Shown here: positions 18,673 through 28,641 of the stretch, piece by piece
Numbering within the stretch: position 1 is the first letter of the stretch
How the letters are laid out: each line of letters begins with the position of its first letter
Source: Candidatus Krumholzibacteriia bacterium
GTDB taxonomy: Bacteria; Krumholzibacteriota; Krumholzibacteriia; LZORAL124-64-63
Length of the DNA stretch: 55,149 nucleotides
Assembly (NCBI GenBank): GCA_046484865.1
Contig: JAWOID010000106.1
Span: forward strand, 1 to 55,149
Direction of reading: 5' to 3'
Notes under the pieces: model-generated
What the model saw: only the letters and a program-made list of their open reading frames with translations
The model's database searches: none
What the model was told of the DNA's origin: nothing
Translations under genes and position numbers: made by a program

Positions 18673-20790
18673 TCAGGAGGGGCGGTACCGCTTGAGGTTG
18701 GCGCGGAAATGCCGTCCCAGCGCCTCCGGACTGCGCAGGTCGTCCTCCCGGGTTCCCCACCACGCGGGCACGATCAAGAAGGGCTCCACCTGGCGGCCGC
18801 CCAGACCGCCATGGCTGGAGGTCTGCTCCTCGAACACGACCACCCGGTCCCGCTCGGGCCACCAGGCGCCCTGGATCACCAGGTCGCCGGCCGACGGATA
18901 GCTCATGAGCTGTGCCAGTTCGTCCGACCAGAACCCGGTCTCGCCGAAGGGCTCCAGGGGGTCCTCGTCCCCGACGATCTGTCCGGTGATCAGGTTGCGG
19001 ATGCCGCCGCTGCCGATCGCGACGGCGTCGCCCCGGTCGCGGCTGGCGGCGACGAACGCCACACCCGGGTGGCGAGCCAGGCGCTCCACGAGTCCGGGGA
19101 TCAGCTGCCGGACCTGCTCGAGGTGCAGCGGTTCGCGTGAATCGGCGAAGTAGACGTGCGCCAGACTGCCCGAGACGCAGACGACGATCCGGGGCTCCCC
19201 AGATCCCGCCAGCAGCGAGTCATGTCCGCGGTCTGACGGCTCGGGCACCCGCGCGCGCGCGATTTCCGCCTCGGCCAGCGAGATCGTCCCCGCCGGCGCC
19301 GGCGTCTGCCGGTCCCGGCTGATCCGGGCCAGGGTGGCCCGACCCCGATCCACCGCCCAGCCGAACCGGCCTGTGCCGGTATGCTCCATTTCGCGCAGCA
19401 GCACCGAGACGTGGGCGGCAACCGGGTCCGGCGAGAGCGCCTCGCGGACCACGGCCCCGGCCACCTCCGCGATCTCCGCCTCCAGGGTGTGCCCGTAGAT
19501 GATGCGGAAGGGGATGCTCGGCGTATGGCCGTGGTCGGAGAGCAGCACCACGTCGTAGGCGAACCCCCGGCGACCGCGCGCCAGGCGGCGCAGGCGGCGC
19601 AGGAGCCGGTCGAACGCGGCCAGCGAGACCTGGGCGTCGTAGGCGTCGGGATCGCTGTAGTGGGAGACGTCGTCGTAGCCGACGAAATTCGAGTAGATCA
19701 CCGGCACGCCGCGCACCATGTCCTGCTTGATCCAGAACTGCGCCGTCTCGCGCAGGAACGCATTGGCCACCGAGCGCTGCGCCAGGCGCCTGGGATTGAA
19801 GCGCAAGCGCGGCCGGTCCGTGAAGAGCCGGCCCAGGACCGCCTGCACGAAGCCGGCCAGATAGTCCCAGATCGACGCCAGCACCGCCCGGGGATAGGCG
19901 TACGGGCTGAGGAAGAAGAGGTTGAAGTCGGCCCGCTCGCCGCTGCGGCCGTCGCCGACCGCGCTCACGGTCATCAGTCGCTTGGCCGCCCCTCCGGACA
20001 GGATGCTGCCGATGCAAGAACCGTCCTTCAGGAGCGGGGTGCCCGCGGCCGATGCCCGCTCCTCCAGCAGCCTGACATCGGCAGGGTTGTTCACGACGCG
20101 GACCTGGCGCGCTTCCCGGTCGTACCACCGGTAACCCGGCACGTCGAAGCGGTCGCCATAGAGCATGCCCGCCTGCACTGCCGGGGTGTTCGACGGCACC
20201 CCGCAACTCCAGCGCACGAGCCGGTGGCTGCCGCGTGCCAGCAGACCCGACACGGACGGCATGCGGCCGCGTTCGAGAGCGCGCCGCAGGCTCGTGTGCG
20301 ACAGGCCGTCGATCTGCAGCAGCAGGACCCCGCGGGAGAAGCCCTCCTCCGGCTGTCTGCCGAAGCGGCGCGCCAGCCGGTAGATCAGGGCCTGGTACAG
20401 CGGGTATGCCTCGTCGAGGCCCAGCCAGCCCACCACGCTGGTGGTGACCACCGTGAGCACCGCCGCGCCGACGAGTGCGTTCCACCAGTGGGTGATGACG
20501 ATGGCCGGATTCAGGACCGCGACCAGCCAGAGGATGATCCCGTTGAAGAACAGGGTGGGGAAGCCCAGCGTGAGACTATTGAGCGGCAGCGTGGCCAGCA
20601 GCAGCAGCGGCCGCAGCAGGATCACCAGCGCCGCGAGTTGCACCGGCAGCACGAGCAGCACGGTCCACCAGTGCGGTTCGGAGGTCTCGATCCGGAAGCC
20701 CGGCACGAGGGAGGAGGCGAGCAGCAGTCCCAGGAGATAGACCAGCCACACCAGCAGGTAGCGCCCGAGTATGCCCAGGGCTGTCTTCAA
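18673..20790 (-). CDS. 4-TM 'phage holin'/YvlD-like domain fused to an alkaline phosphatase/nucleotide pyrophosphatase-family domain
   Basis: N-terminal LLRPLLLLATLPLNSLTLG; LLQIDGLS, PSNTPAVQAG, GYDDVSH, LSDHG and HGGLGG motifs; TTG start. Confidence 0.8.
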   Translation of the reverse strand: MKTALGILGRYLLVWLVYLLGLLLASSLVPGFRIETSEPHWWTVLLVLPVQLAALVILLRPLLLLATLPLNSLTLGFPTLFFNGIILWLVAVLNPAIVITHWWNALVGAAVLTVVTTSVVGWLGLDEAYPLYQALIYRLARRFGRQPEEGFSRGVLLLQIDGLSHTSLRRALERGRMPSVSGLLARGSHRLVRWSCGVPSNTPAVQAGMLYGDRFDVPGYRWYDREARQVRVVNNPADVRLLEERASAAGTPLLKDGSCIGSILSGGAAKRLMTVSAVGDGRSGERADFNLFFLSPYAYPRAVLASIWDYLAGFVQAVLGRLFTDRPRLRFNPRRLAQRSVANAFLRETAQFWIKQDMVRGVPVIYSNFVGYDDVSHYSDPDAYDAQVSLAAFDRLLRRLRRLARGRRGFAYDVVLLSDHGHTPSIPFRIIYGHTLEAEIAEVAGAVVREALSPDPVAAHVSVLLREMEHTGTGRFGWAVDRGRATLARISRDRQTPAPAGTISLAEAEIARARVPEPSDRGHDSLLAGSGEPRIVVCVSGSLAHVYFADSREPLHLEQVRQLIPGLVERLARHPGVAFVAASRDRGDAVAIGSGGIRNLITGQIVGDEDPLEPFGETGFWSDELAQLMSYPSAGDLVIQGAWWPERDRVVVFEEQTSSHGGLGGRQVEPFLIVPAWWGTREDDLRSPEALGRHFRANLKRYRPS

Positions 20791-20818
20791 CGGCTCCCCC
20801 GCGTTGCGGCGGACCGGA

Positions 20819-22315
20819 TCACCCGCCGGCGGCGCGCTCCAGACGCGCGCGCACCCGCGGCAGGCCCACCAGTTCCATCACGTCGAAGACGCCGGCGCTG
20901 CGGGTCTGCCCGGTGACGGCCACCCGGACGGGATGGATCAACTCGCCCGCACCCGCGCCGCGAGCCTCCGCCACCGCGCGGACCATCTCCTCGAAGCGGT
21001 CGCCGGTGACCGGCGCGTCCGGCGGCAGGCGCTCTGCGAGGGCGGATGCCAGCGCTGCGAGATGCGCCCGGGCCTCCGGCGGCGCCACCTTCTCGCGCCA
21101 AGCCTCCTCGTCCACCGGATAGGCTTCGTGGAAGAAGAACGCCAGCTGCTCCGTCAGGCGCAGCAGGCTGCTGAAGCGCCCGCCCAGGACCGCCAGGATG
21201 CGGTCGACGTAGTCCTCGGTGCTCTTCACGCCGGGCACCAGCCAGCCGGGATGGTAGGACCACCCCTGCTGCGCCAGCAGGGGCATGGTGAGCGCACGCC
21301 GCCCGCCGGCGTCGAGCCGCTTCAGGTGCTGGGCGTTGATGTGCTCGAGCTTCTCGTAATCGAACGCCGCCGGGCTGCTGCCCACCTTCTTGAGACTGAA
21401 CTTCTTGATGAGCTGCTCGCGGGCGAGCACCTCGTCTCCGCTGGCGCCCACCGTCCACCCCAGCAACGCCAGGTAGTTGATCATGGCGTCCGGGACGATG
21501 CCCTGGGCTCGGAACTCCTCCACGCTGGTCGCGCCGTGGCGCTTGCTCAGCCGCTTCCGATCCGGCCCGAGGATCATGGGCATGTGGCCGAACTTGGGCC
21601 GCTCCCAGCCGAGGGCGTCGTAGATCAGCAGCTGGAACGGCGTGTTGCTCACGTGGTCGTCGCCGCGCAGCACGTGAGTGATCTCCATCAGATGATCGTC
21701 GACGACCACCGCGAAGTTGTAGGTGGGGAAACCGTCCGCCTTGAAGATGACCCGGTCGCTCACGTGATCGGTCTGGAACTCGCGCTTGCCGACCACCAGG
21801 TCGTACCAGAAGACGCCCCCCCCGGCGGGAGTGCGCAGTCGCCAGGCGCACGGCTGCCCCGAACCGGCCAGCGAACGCAGCTGTTCGGGTCCGAGCTCGC
21901 GGCAGTGGCCGTCGTAGCCGTCCCAGCTGCCGCGCGACTCCTTCACCGCAGCTTCGCGTCCGGCCAGTTCATCCTCCGTGCACCAGCAGCGGTAGGCGCC
22001 GTCGCGCGCCACCAGATCCTCCAGCGCCTGCCGGTAGAAGGGCAGCCGCTCCGACTGCAGATAGGGCCCGTGGGCGCCACCCACGCCCGGGCCCTCGTCC
22101 CAGTCCAGCCCCAGCCACTCCAGCCCCCGCAGGATGGCGGCGTACGATTCCTCGGTGCTGCGCTGGCGGTCGGTATCCTCGATGCGCAGGACGAAGCTGC
22201 CGCCCTGGCTCCGGGCGTACAGCCAGTTGAACAGAGCGGTGCGCGCCCCCCCGACGTGCAGCGCGCCGGTCGGGCTGGGAGCGAAGCGCACGCGAACACG
22301 GGAACCATCGCTCAT
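20819..22315 (-). CDS. gltX: Glutamate--tRNA ligase
   Basis: RFAPSPTGALHVGG, LRIEDTD, PTYNFAVVVDD and KRLSKR motifs. Confidence 0.97.
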   Translation of the reverse strand: MSDGSRVRVRFAPSPTGALHVGGARTALFNWLYARSQGGSFVLRIEDTDRQRSTEESYAAILRGLEWLGLDWDEGPGVGGAHGPYLQSERLPFYRQALEDLVARDGAYRCWCTEDELAGREAAVKESRGSWDGYDGHCRELGPEQLRSLAGSGQPCAWRLRTPAGGGVFWYDLVVGKREFQTDHVSDRVIFKADGFPTYNFAVVVDDHLMEITHVLRGDDHVSNTPFQLLIYDALGWERPKFGHMPMILGPDRKRLSKRHGATSVEEFRAQGIVPDAMINYLALLGWTVGASGDEVLAREQLIKKFSLKKVGSSPAAFDYEKLEHINAQHLKRLDAGGRRALTMPLLAQQGWSYHPGWLVPGVKSTEDYVDRILAVLGGRFSSLLRLTEQLAFFFHEAYPVDEEAWREKVAPPEARAHLAALASALAERLPPDAPVTGDRFEEMVRAVAEARGAGAGELIHPVRVAVTGQTRSAGVFDVMELVGLPRVRARLERAAGG

Positions 22316-22446
22316 CCTGTGGGTCCTCTCGGAGTGCGAACGAGGCCGGACGGCGCGCCAGCCACCCCGGCCCGCCGTGAGGGACGTTTATAGCCGAGCG
22401 GCGGCGACACGGCAACCGTGCGGCCTGCCTCGCACCGGCCGAACCG

Positions 22447-23577
22447 TCACGAGCGGCCCGGCCCACCGGTCCAGTCGGGCGGCGGAACGTGCGGGCGCCG
22501 GGGCTGGAACGCCGGGGCGATCGGCTCCCCGGTCCGCAGCGGGTCGAGCTGGTCGGCCAGATCGGCGAGATCGGCTCCGTACACCGCCCGCGCGGCGACA
22601 TCGGGATCGTCCCCCGCGGAGACCCGTCCCAGGAAACGGCCGAGCGCGGCCAGTCCGCCGCGCTCCTCCACCAGGTGCCAGGTCATGAGAAAGGCGCTGT
22701 AGGACGCCTGCCGGAAGAGCTGGCGGTCCCTTCCCGGATCGGGGTCCACGCCGGCGGCGAGGAGCGAGTCCGCGCTCGCTGCAGACAGCAGGACCGATCC
22801 GCGCGGCCGGAATTCCGCCATGTAGTTGACGAGATGCACGCCGTTCTCGGCCAGATATTCCGTGATCCCCGCCCGCAACCACTCCGGTAGCCGCTCGCCG
22901 CCATGGCCGTCCAGCAACCAGTCGGCGGCCAGTTGATAGGCTGCATGCCCGAGCAGCGTCCGCTGCGCCAGCACATGGACCGGCTGCACGACGTAACCGG
23001 CCGGCTGACGCGCGAACAGACGCCAGGTGCCGTAACCGGTGCGCGCCTGGTACTCGGGCACGTCGGCCGGGCAGAGCACCGTCAGGGTGTCGGCGCGCCT
23101 CAGGCCCAGCCAGTCCTGCAGGTCGTCCAGGGCGAGATGCGTCAGTTCCAGCAACGGCACCACGCGACAGGGCGGTCCGCCCGGCGCGAAGCGGAGCCGG
23201 ACCTGTCCCCGGCAGGCCTCATCGTCGCCGAGAACGGCTCCGGGCCGCTCCAGCGGAACGAGGCCTTCGCAGAGGCTGCCGAAGCCGCGCGGAGTCCCGT
23301 CGGCACCCGCCGGCGGCACGTAGCCCGGCCAGAAGTAGGCGTGATGGTGATCCGGATATCCGGCCGCCTGCAGCTCGGCGGCGGCGGCTCGCGGGAACGC
23401 GGCGTCGGCGCTCAGTGGCGGCAGCTGTGCGGGGTGCTCGGGGAGATGCGGTCCGCTCGCCGGATCCGCAGCCTCCGTCCCGCCGCAGGCGGCGCCCGCT
23501 CCGAGCGCGAGACCGCCGGCCAGCCAGAGAACCGCGGCAAGCGGCGTGCCGCCGCCTCGCCGACGAGCCATCATCAT
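22447..23577 (-). CDS. Exported hypothetical protein, possible degenerate gluzincin/peptidase MA-like fold
   Basis: Signal/lipoprotein-like N terminus; LPEWLRAGITEYLA resembles PxWxxEGxAxY; start overlaps the TPR gene stop. Confidence 0.55.
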   Translation of the reverse strand: MMMARRRGGGTPLAAVLWLAGGLALGAGAACGGTEAADPASGPHLPEHPAQLPPLSADAAFPRAAAAELQAAGYPDHHHAYFWPGYVPPAGADGTPRGFGSLCEGLVPLERPGAVLGDDEACRGQVRLRFAPGGPPCRVVPLLELTHLALDDLQDWLGLRRADTLTVLCPADVPEYQARTGYGTWRLFARQPAGYVVQPVHVLAQRTLLGHAAYQLAADWLLDGHGGERLPEWLRAGITEYLAENGVHLVNYMAEFRPRGSVLLSAASADSLLAAGVDPDPGRDRQLFRQASYSAFLMTWHLVEERGGLAALGRFLGRVSAGDDPDVAARAVYGADLADLADQLDPLRTGEPIAPAFQPRRPHVPPPDWTGGPGRS

Positions 23578-25355
23578 CAACCTCCCGCGCCCACGGTCTT
23601 CGCGAGTTCGTAGTATTCCTTGGCGGCCTTCTTGTCGCCCAGCTTGTCGAAGACGAGGCCCATCGCATTGTACGCGTTGGCCGTCTCCTGATGCTCCAGC
23701 GCCTTCTCGTAGCGGGCCAGCGCGTCGTCGTAGCGACCGAGGTGGAAACAGGCGCGCCCCTGGCTGAAGAGCGCCCGGTACGACTCTCCCTCCAGCTCCA
23801 TGAGCCGGTCGAACGAGGCGATGGCCTCCTCGTGGCGGCCGGCGTCCATGAAGGCCAGAGCGAGATTGTAGCAAGCCTCGGCGTACTGCGGATCGAGGGC
23901 GAGCGCCTGCTGGTAGGCCTCGATCGCGGTGGCGACGTCCGCGGCACGCTTGGCGCTCACGCCCATGGCGAACGCCAGCTTCGCATCCGGGCCCAGCTCG
24001 AGAGCGCGCCGGTAGGCGTCCACGGCCTGGGCGTGCTGGCCCGACAGCCGCAGCGCCGAGGCGAGGGCGGACCAGCCCGGGAACCAGTCGGGCCGCTCGC
24101 GGGTGACCCGCCGCAAAGGAGTGATGGCAGCGGTGTGCTTGTCGTCGCGCATGAGGCTCACGGCATAGTTGTAGAGTACCTCGGGCGGAGTGCCCTCCGC
24201 TCCGATGCTGCCGGCCAGGTATCGCCGCGCCTCGGCGACGTTCCCCTTGCGCAGATACAGCTGGCCGATCGCCACGTCCAGGCCCCGGTAGGCGGGGTCG
24301 ATCTCTCGCGCCTTCAGGTAGGCCTCGATCGCCTCGTCGGTCCTGCGCTCCCGCTCGTGCACCCGCGCCGTGGCGATCCAGGTGCCGACCGCATCCGGAT
24401 GCGCATCGCGGGCGAGCCGTGCGGCCACGCGGGCCTTGAGTTCCTCGCCGGCGTCGAGATACGCGCTGACCATCGGCGGCAATAGTTCGGTGCGACTCGG
24501 CGCCAGGTCATAGGCCTGCCGGTAGCGACCCGCCGCTTCCAGCGGCAGGCCCGACTGGTGCATGACCTCCGCATCCTGCACGTAGAGGGCGATGAGATTG
24601 TCCACCAGTGCCCGCGCCTGCTGCACTCCTTCCTCGTCGCCGTCGCGCCGCGCGCGCTCCAGGAACTCGGTGGCGGCAGGGTGGAATTCCTCGAGCAACT
24701 CGCGCTCCGCCGACTCCGGCCCCTCCTCGTGCACGAGGCCGGCGAGTCCCAGCATGAGGCGCATCTGCTCCGCCCGGTCATGGCGGTCCACCGCCTCGAT
24801 CCCCTTGCGGTACGTCTTCCTGGCAGCCTCCGTGTCGCCGGCCCGCCGCTGGGCCTCGGCGCTCAGCCGCCATGCGTCGGCGCCGCCCGTCGGAGAGAAA
24901 CGCCGGTACGCCTCGAATTCCCGCACGGCGAGGTCGGGATCGTCCAGCCGCATGAACACCAGACCCAGGTTGCGATGGAAGTCGGCCTCCATCGGCTTGG
25001 CCTGCACCGCGCTCAGGAACGCGTCGCGCGCGAGCGCCCACTCCTCCTGCTGGGCATAGACCACGCCCAGGTTGTTGTAGAGATCGCCGTCGGTCGGGTT
25101 CTTGAGGATCCTGGCGTTCAGCTCGCGGATCTTCTCCTGCGGGGACAGGTTCAGCGAGTCGTCCTCGCGATAGTGAAAGGTGATGGTCCCGTCGGCGGAG
25201 GTATCGGCGGCCGCGACGCCGTCCGGCAGGACGGGCACGGCCCGGGACGTGTCTCGCGGGGCGGCGGAGGCCGGCACCGCCGAGGCGGCGAAGGCTGACG
25301 ACGGCAGCACCGCCGCAGCGACCACGGCCATCAACCAGCCCGGATTGCGAATCAT
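23577..25355 (-). CDS. Exported tetratricopeptide repeat protein
   Basis: Signal peptide; multiple TPRs (YNNLGVVY, YNLALAF, YNAMGLVF). Confidence 0.9.
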   Translation of the reverse strand: MIRNPGWLMAVVAAAVLPSSAFAASAVPASAAPRDTSRAVPVLPDGVAAADTSADGTITFHYREDDSLNLSPQEKIRELNARILKNPTDGDLYNNLGVVYAQQEEWALARDAFLSAVQAKPMEADFHRNLGLVFMRLDDPDLAVREFEAYRRFSPTGGADAWRLSAEAQRRAGDTEAARKTYRKGIEAVDRHDRAEQMRLMLGLAGLVHEEGPESAERELLEEFHPAATEFLERARRDGDEEGVQQARALVDNLIALYVQDAEVMHQSGLPLEAAGRYRQAYDLAPSRTELLPPMVSAYLDAGEELKARVAARLARDAHPDAVGTWIATARVHERERRTDEAIEAYLKAREIDPAYRGLDVAIGQLYLRKGNVAEARRYLAGSIGAEGTPPEVLYNYAVSLMRDDKHTAAITPLRRVTRERPDWFPGWSALASALRLSGQHAQAVDAYRRALELGPDAKLAFAMGVSAKRAADVATAIEAYQQALALDPQYAEACYNLALAFMDAGRHEEAIASFDRLMELEGESYRALFSQGRACFHLGRYDDALARYEKALEHQETANAYNAMGLVFDKLGDKKAAKEYYELAKTVGAGG

Positions 25356-25620
25356 GCTGTCTCCTCGCACGGTGGAGCGGCGGCACGAGCGCCGCGGCGG
25401 AAGCATCATAGGAACGCCGGTCCAGCCTGTCCAGCAACAGCGGCGCACGCCTCGCCCCGTCGTCGTGCGGACGGGAACCGCCAGTCGCCTGGCGACTTCA
25501 ACTCCCTTGCGGGCTTGACGTTCCCGGGCAAGCCCCGTTTGCTTGGCGGGCATGCCCCCGCTGCCGCGCCGCACGGGCGCCGGGTGGCAGATTCCGTCAC
25601 CCGTGGCGATGGGACAGCGC

Positions 25621-26457
25621 ATGCTCGAGATGATCGTCCTGGGCGCCGGCGGCGCCGTTCCCACCCCAACGCACGGCCCGCCCGCGTACTGGGTGGCGGC
25701 CGACCAGGTGGGCGTGCTCGTGGACCCCGGCCCAGGTGCGGTGATCAGGCTGCTCCGGGATGGCCGGGGACCGGCGTCACTGGACGGACTGGATCGGGTC
25801 CTGCTGACCCACCTGCACCTGGACCACTGCGCGGACCTGGCGCCCCTGCTGTTCGCGCTGCACTCGCCGGTCCTGGCCAGCCGGCGGACGTTCGTCGTGG
25901 CCGGTCCGCACGGGCTCGGCGACTACCTGGAGCGGCTGCGGGACCTCTACGGTTCCTGGCTCGATCCGCACCAGCGGGAGCTGGTCGTCCGCGAGTGCGG
26001 CCCCGGCGAGCGGCTGCGGCTGGCGGACCTGGCTCCGGCCGGGGCCGATGACCCCGGTCCGGTGGTGGAGACCTTTGCCGCCGCCCACGCCGAGGAACGG
26101 TTCACCGCCGTTTCCCTGGTGCTGCGCTTCGTGGATCGGCAGGGTCGCCGGCTGGTCTACGGAGGCGACGGCGGCCCGTCGGCCGACCTGGTGGAAGCCG
26201 CGCGGGATGCCGACCTGCTGGTGGTGGAATGTTCCACCTCCGACCGCTGGGCGCTGGACGGCCACATGAACCCCACGCGGGTGGGCGAACTCGCGGCGGC
26301 CGCCAATCCCCGGCAAGTGGCGCTCACGCACCAGTACCCCGATGCCGCCGCCGCCGACCTGGTCGCCGCCGTCCGGCGACACTGGCCGGGCGCCGTGATC
26401 CAGCTCGAGGACGGCCGGCGCCTCACCGTACCATCCGACGATCGAGGAGAACGATGA
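25621..26457 (+). CDS. MBL-fold metallo-hydrolase, RNase Z/BN-like
   Basis: VDPGPG, THLHLDH, YGGD, VECS, GHMNP and LTHQY motifs. Confidence 0.88.
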   Translation: MLEMIVLGAGGAVPTPTHGPPAYWVAADQVGVLVDPGPGAVIRLLRDGRGPASLDGLDRVLLTHLHLDHCADLAPLLFALHSPVLASRRTFVVAGPHGLGDYLERLRDLYGSWLDPHQRELVVRECGPGERLRLADLAPAGADDPGPVVETFAAAHAEERFTAVSLVLRFVDRQGRRLVYGGDGGPSADLVEAARDADLLVVECSTSDRWALDGHMNPTRVGELAAAANPRQVALTHQYPDAAAADLVAAVRRHWPGAVIQLEDGRRLTVPSDDRGER

Positions 26458-27353
26458 CCGCGCTCAAACCGCCGACTTCGCGCGCGACGTTTCCGTTCGC
26501 GCTGGCCCTCGCGGCCGTCCTGGCGTTCGGGGCCGTGCCGTCGATCACGGCTGCACCCGCCGGTGCGCAACCGGCCGCATCCGCCGGCGCCGCGGAAGCC
26601 CCCGCGCCCATCCCACGCGAGGGACGCGGCGAGAACGAGATCGTGCTCATCCACGGACTCGGATCGAGCGCCGCGGTCTGGGACGAGATCAAGCCGTACC
26701 TGCTGGGCACCTTCACCGTGTGGACCTACGAGCTGCACGGCCACGGACGGTCCCAGCCGATGGCCGACCCGACGATCGCCCGCGAGGCCGCGGCGCTGGA
26801 GCGGTTCCTGCGTGAAAACGACATCGTCCACCCCGTGCTGGTGGGTCACGCGATGGGCGGCATGATCGCCATGGAGTACGCCTTCGCGCACCCGGCGGAC
26901 GTGCGCCGACTGGTGGTGATCGATGCCGCGCCGGTGCAGCTGGCCACGGCCGAACAGAAGGCGCAGGTGGCACGCGCGCTGATGGAGGACTACGATCGGT
27001 TCGTGGCGTCTCGGTACCTCGGCTACTCGCCGGCGCCGGAGGTGGCCGAGCGGATCCTCGACGATGCGCTGCGCACGCACCAGCAGAGCTTCGTCTCGCT
27101 GCTGATGAGCAGCTTCGACTACGACCTCGCCGACGAGATCGAGTCCAATCCGGTGCCGATCCTGGTGGTCGGGAGCGAGATGCTCTTTTCCGGCGGGAGC
27201 GATCCGAGGCTGCTGCTGCACCAGATGGGCTACGATCGGGCGCAGAACATCGCTTTCCAGGCCGTGGACCGGACGGGGCACTACATCATGCTGGAGCGGC
27301 CGGTGGCCCTCGCCGGTCTCATCGTCGCCTTCTCGCGCACCGAGCGGTACTGA
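26454..27353 (+). CDS. Secreted alpha/beta-hydrolase-fold protein, nucleophile Ser replaced by Ala
   Basis: LIHGLG, GHGRS, VLVGHAMGG and GHYIMLERP motifs; ATGA overlap with the upstream gene. Confidence 0.85.
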   Translation: MTALKPPTSRATFPFALALAAVLAFGAVPSITAAPAGAQPAASAGAAEAPAPIPREGRGENEIVLIHGLGSSAAVWDEIKPYLLGTFTVWTYELHGHGRSQPMADPTIAREAAALERFLRENDIVHPVLVGHAMGGMIAMEYAFAHPADVRRLVVIDAAPVQLATAEQKAQVARALMEDYDRFVASRYLGYSPAPEVAERILDDALRTHQQSFVSLLMSSFDYDLADEIESNPVPILVVGSEMLFSGGSDPRLLLHQMGYDRAQNIAFQAVDRTGHYIMLERPVALAGLIVAFSRTERY

Positions 27354-27396
27354 GCCTGGCGGTCCTGAGCCCGGGCGTCCCGGCGCGGGTCGGCAC

Positions 27397-28509
<1,113 letters not shown>

Positions 28510-28641
28510 TCACCAGCCGGACGGCGCCGCTTGAATGCCGGCTCCCGTTGGGCTAGCCTTCCCTGAACGGCAACCGCGGCGGCGAACTTCCGCCCGCGAC
28601 GCGGCCCGGCGCAGCTCAGCGACCGCAAGGAGTGATCCCAC

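Noticed and set aside
18673..20790. Holin-like domain next to tRNAs as a prophage or genomic island
   Set aside because: No integrase, no duplicated tRNA 3' end, no phage genes and no compositional shift; the 4-TM domain is a common cellular family.
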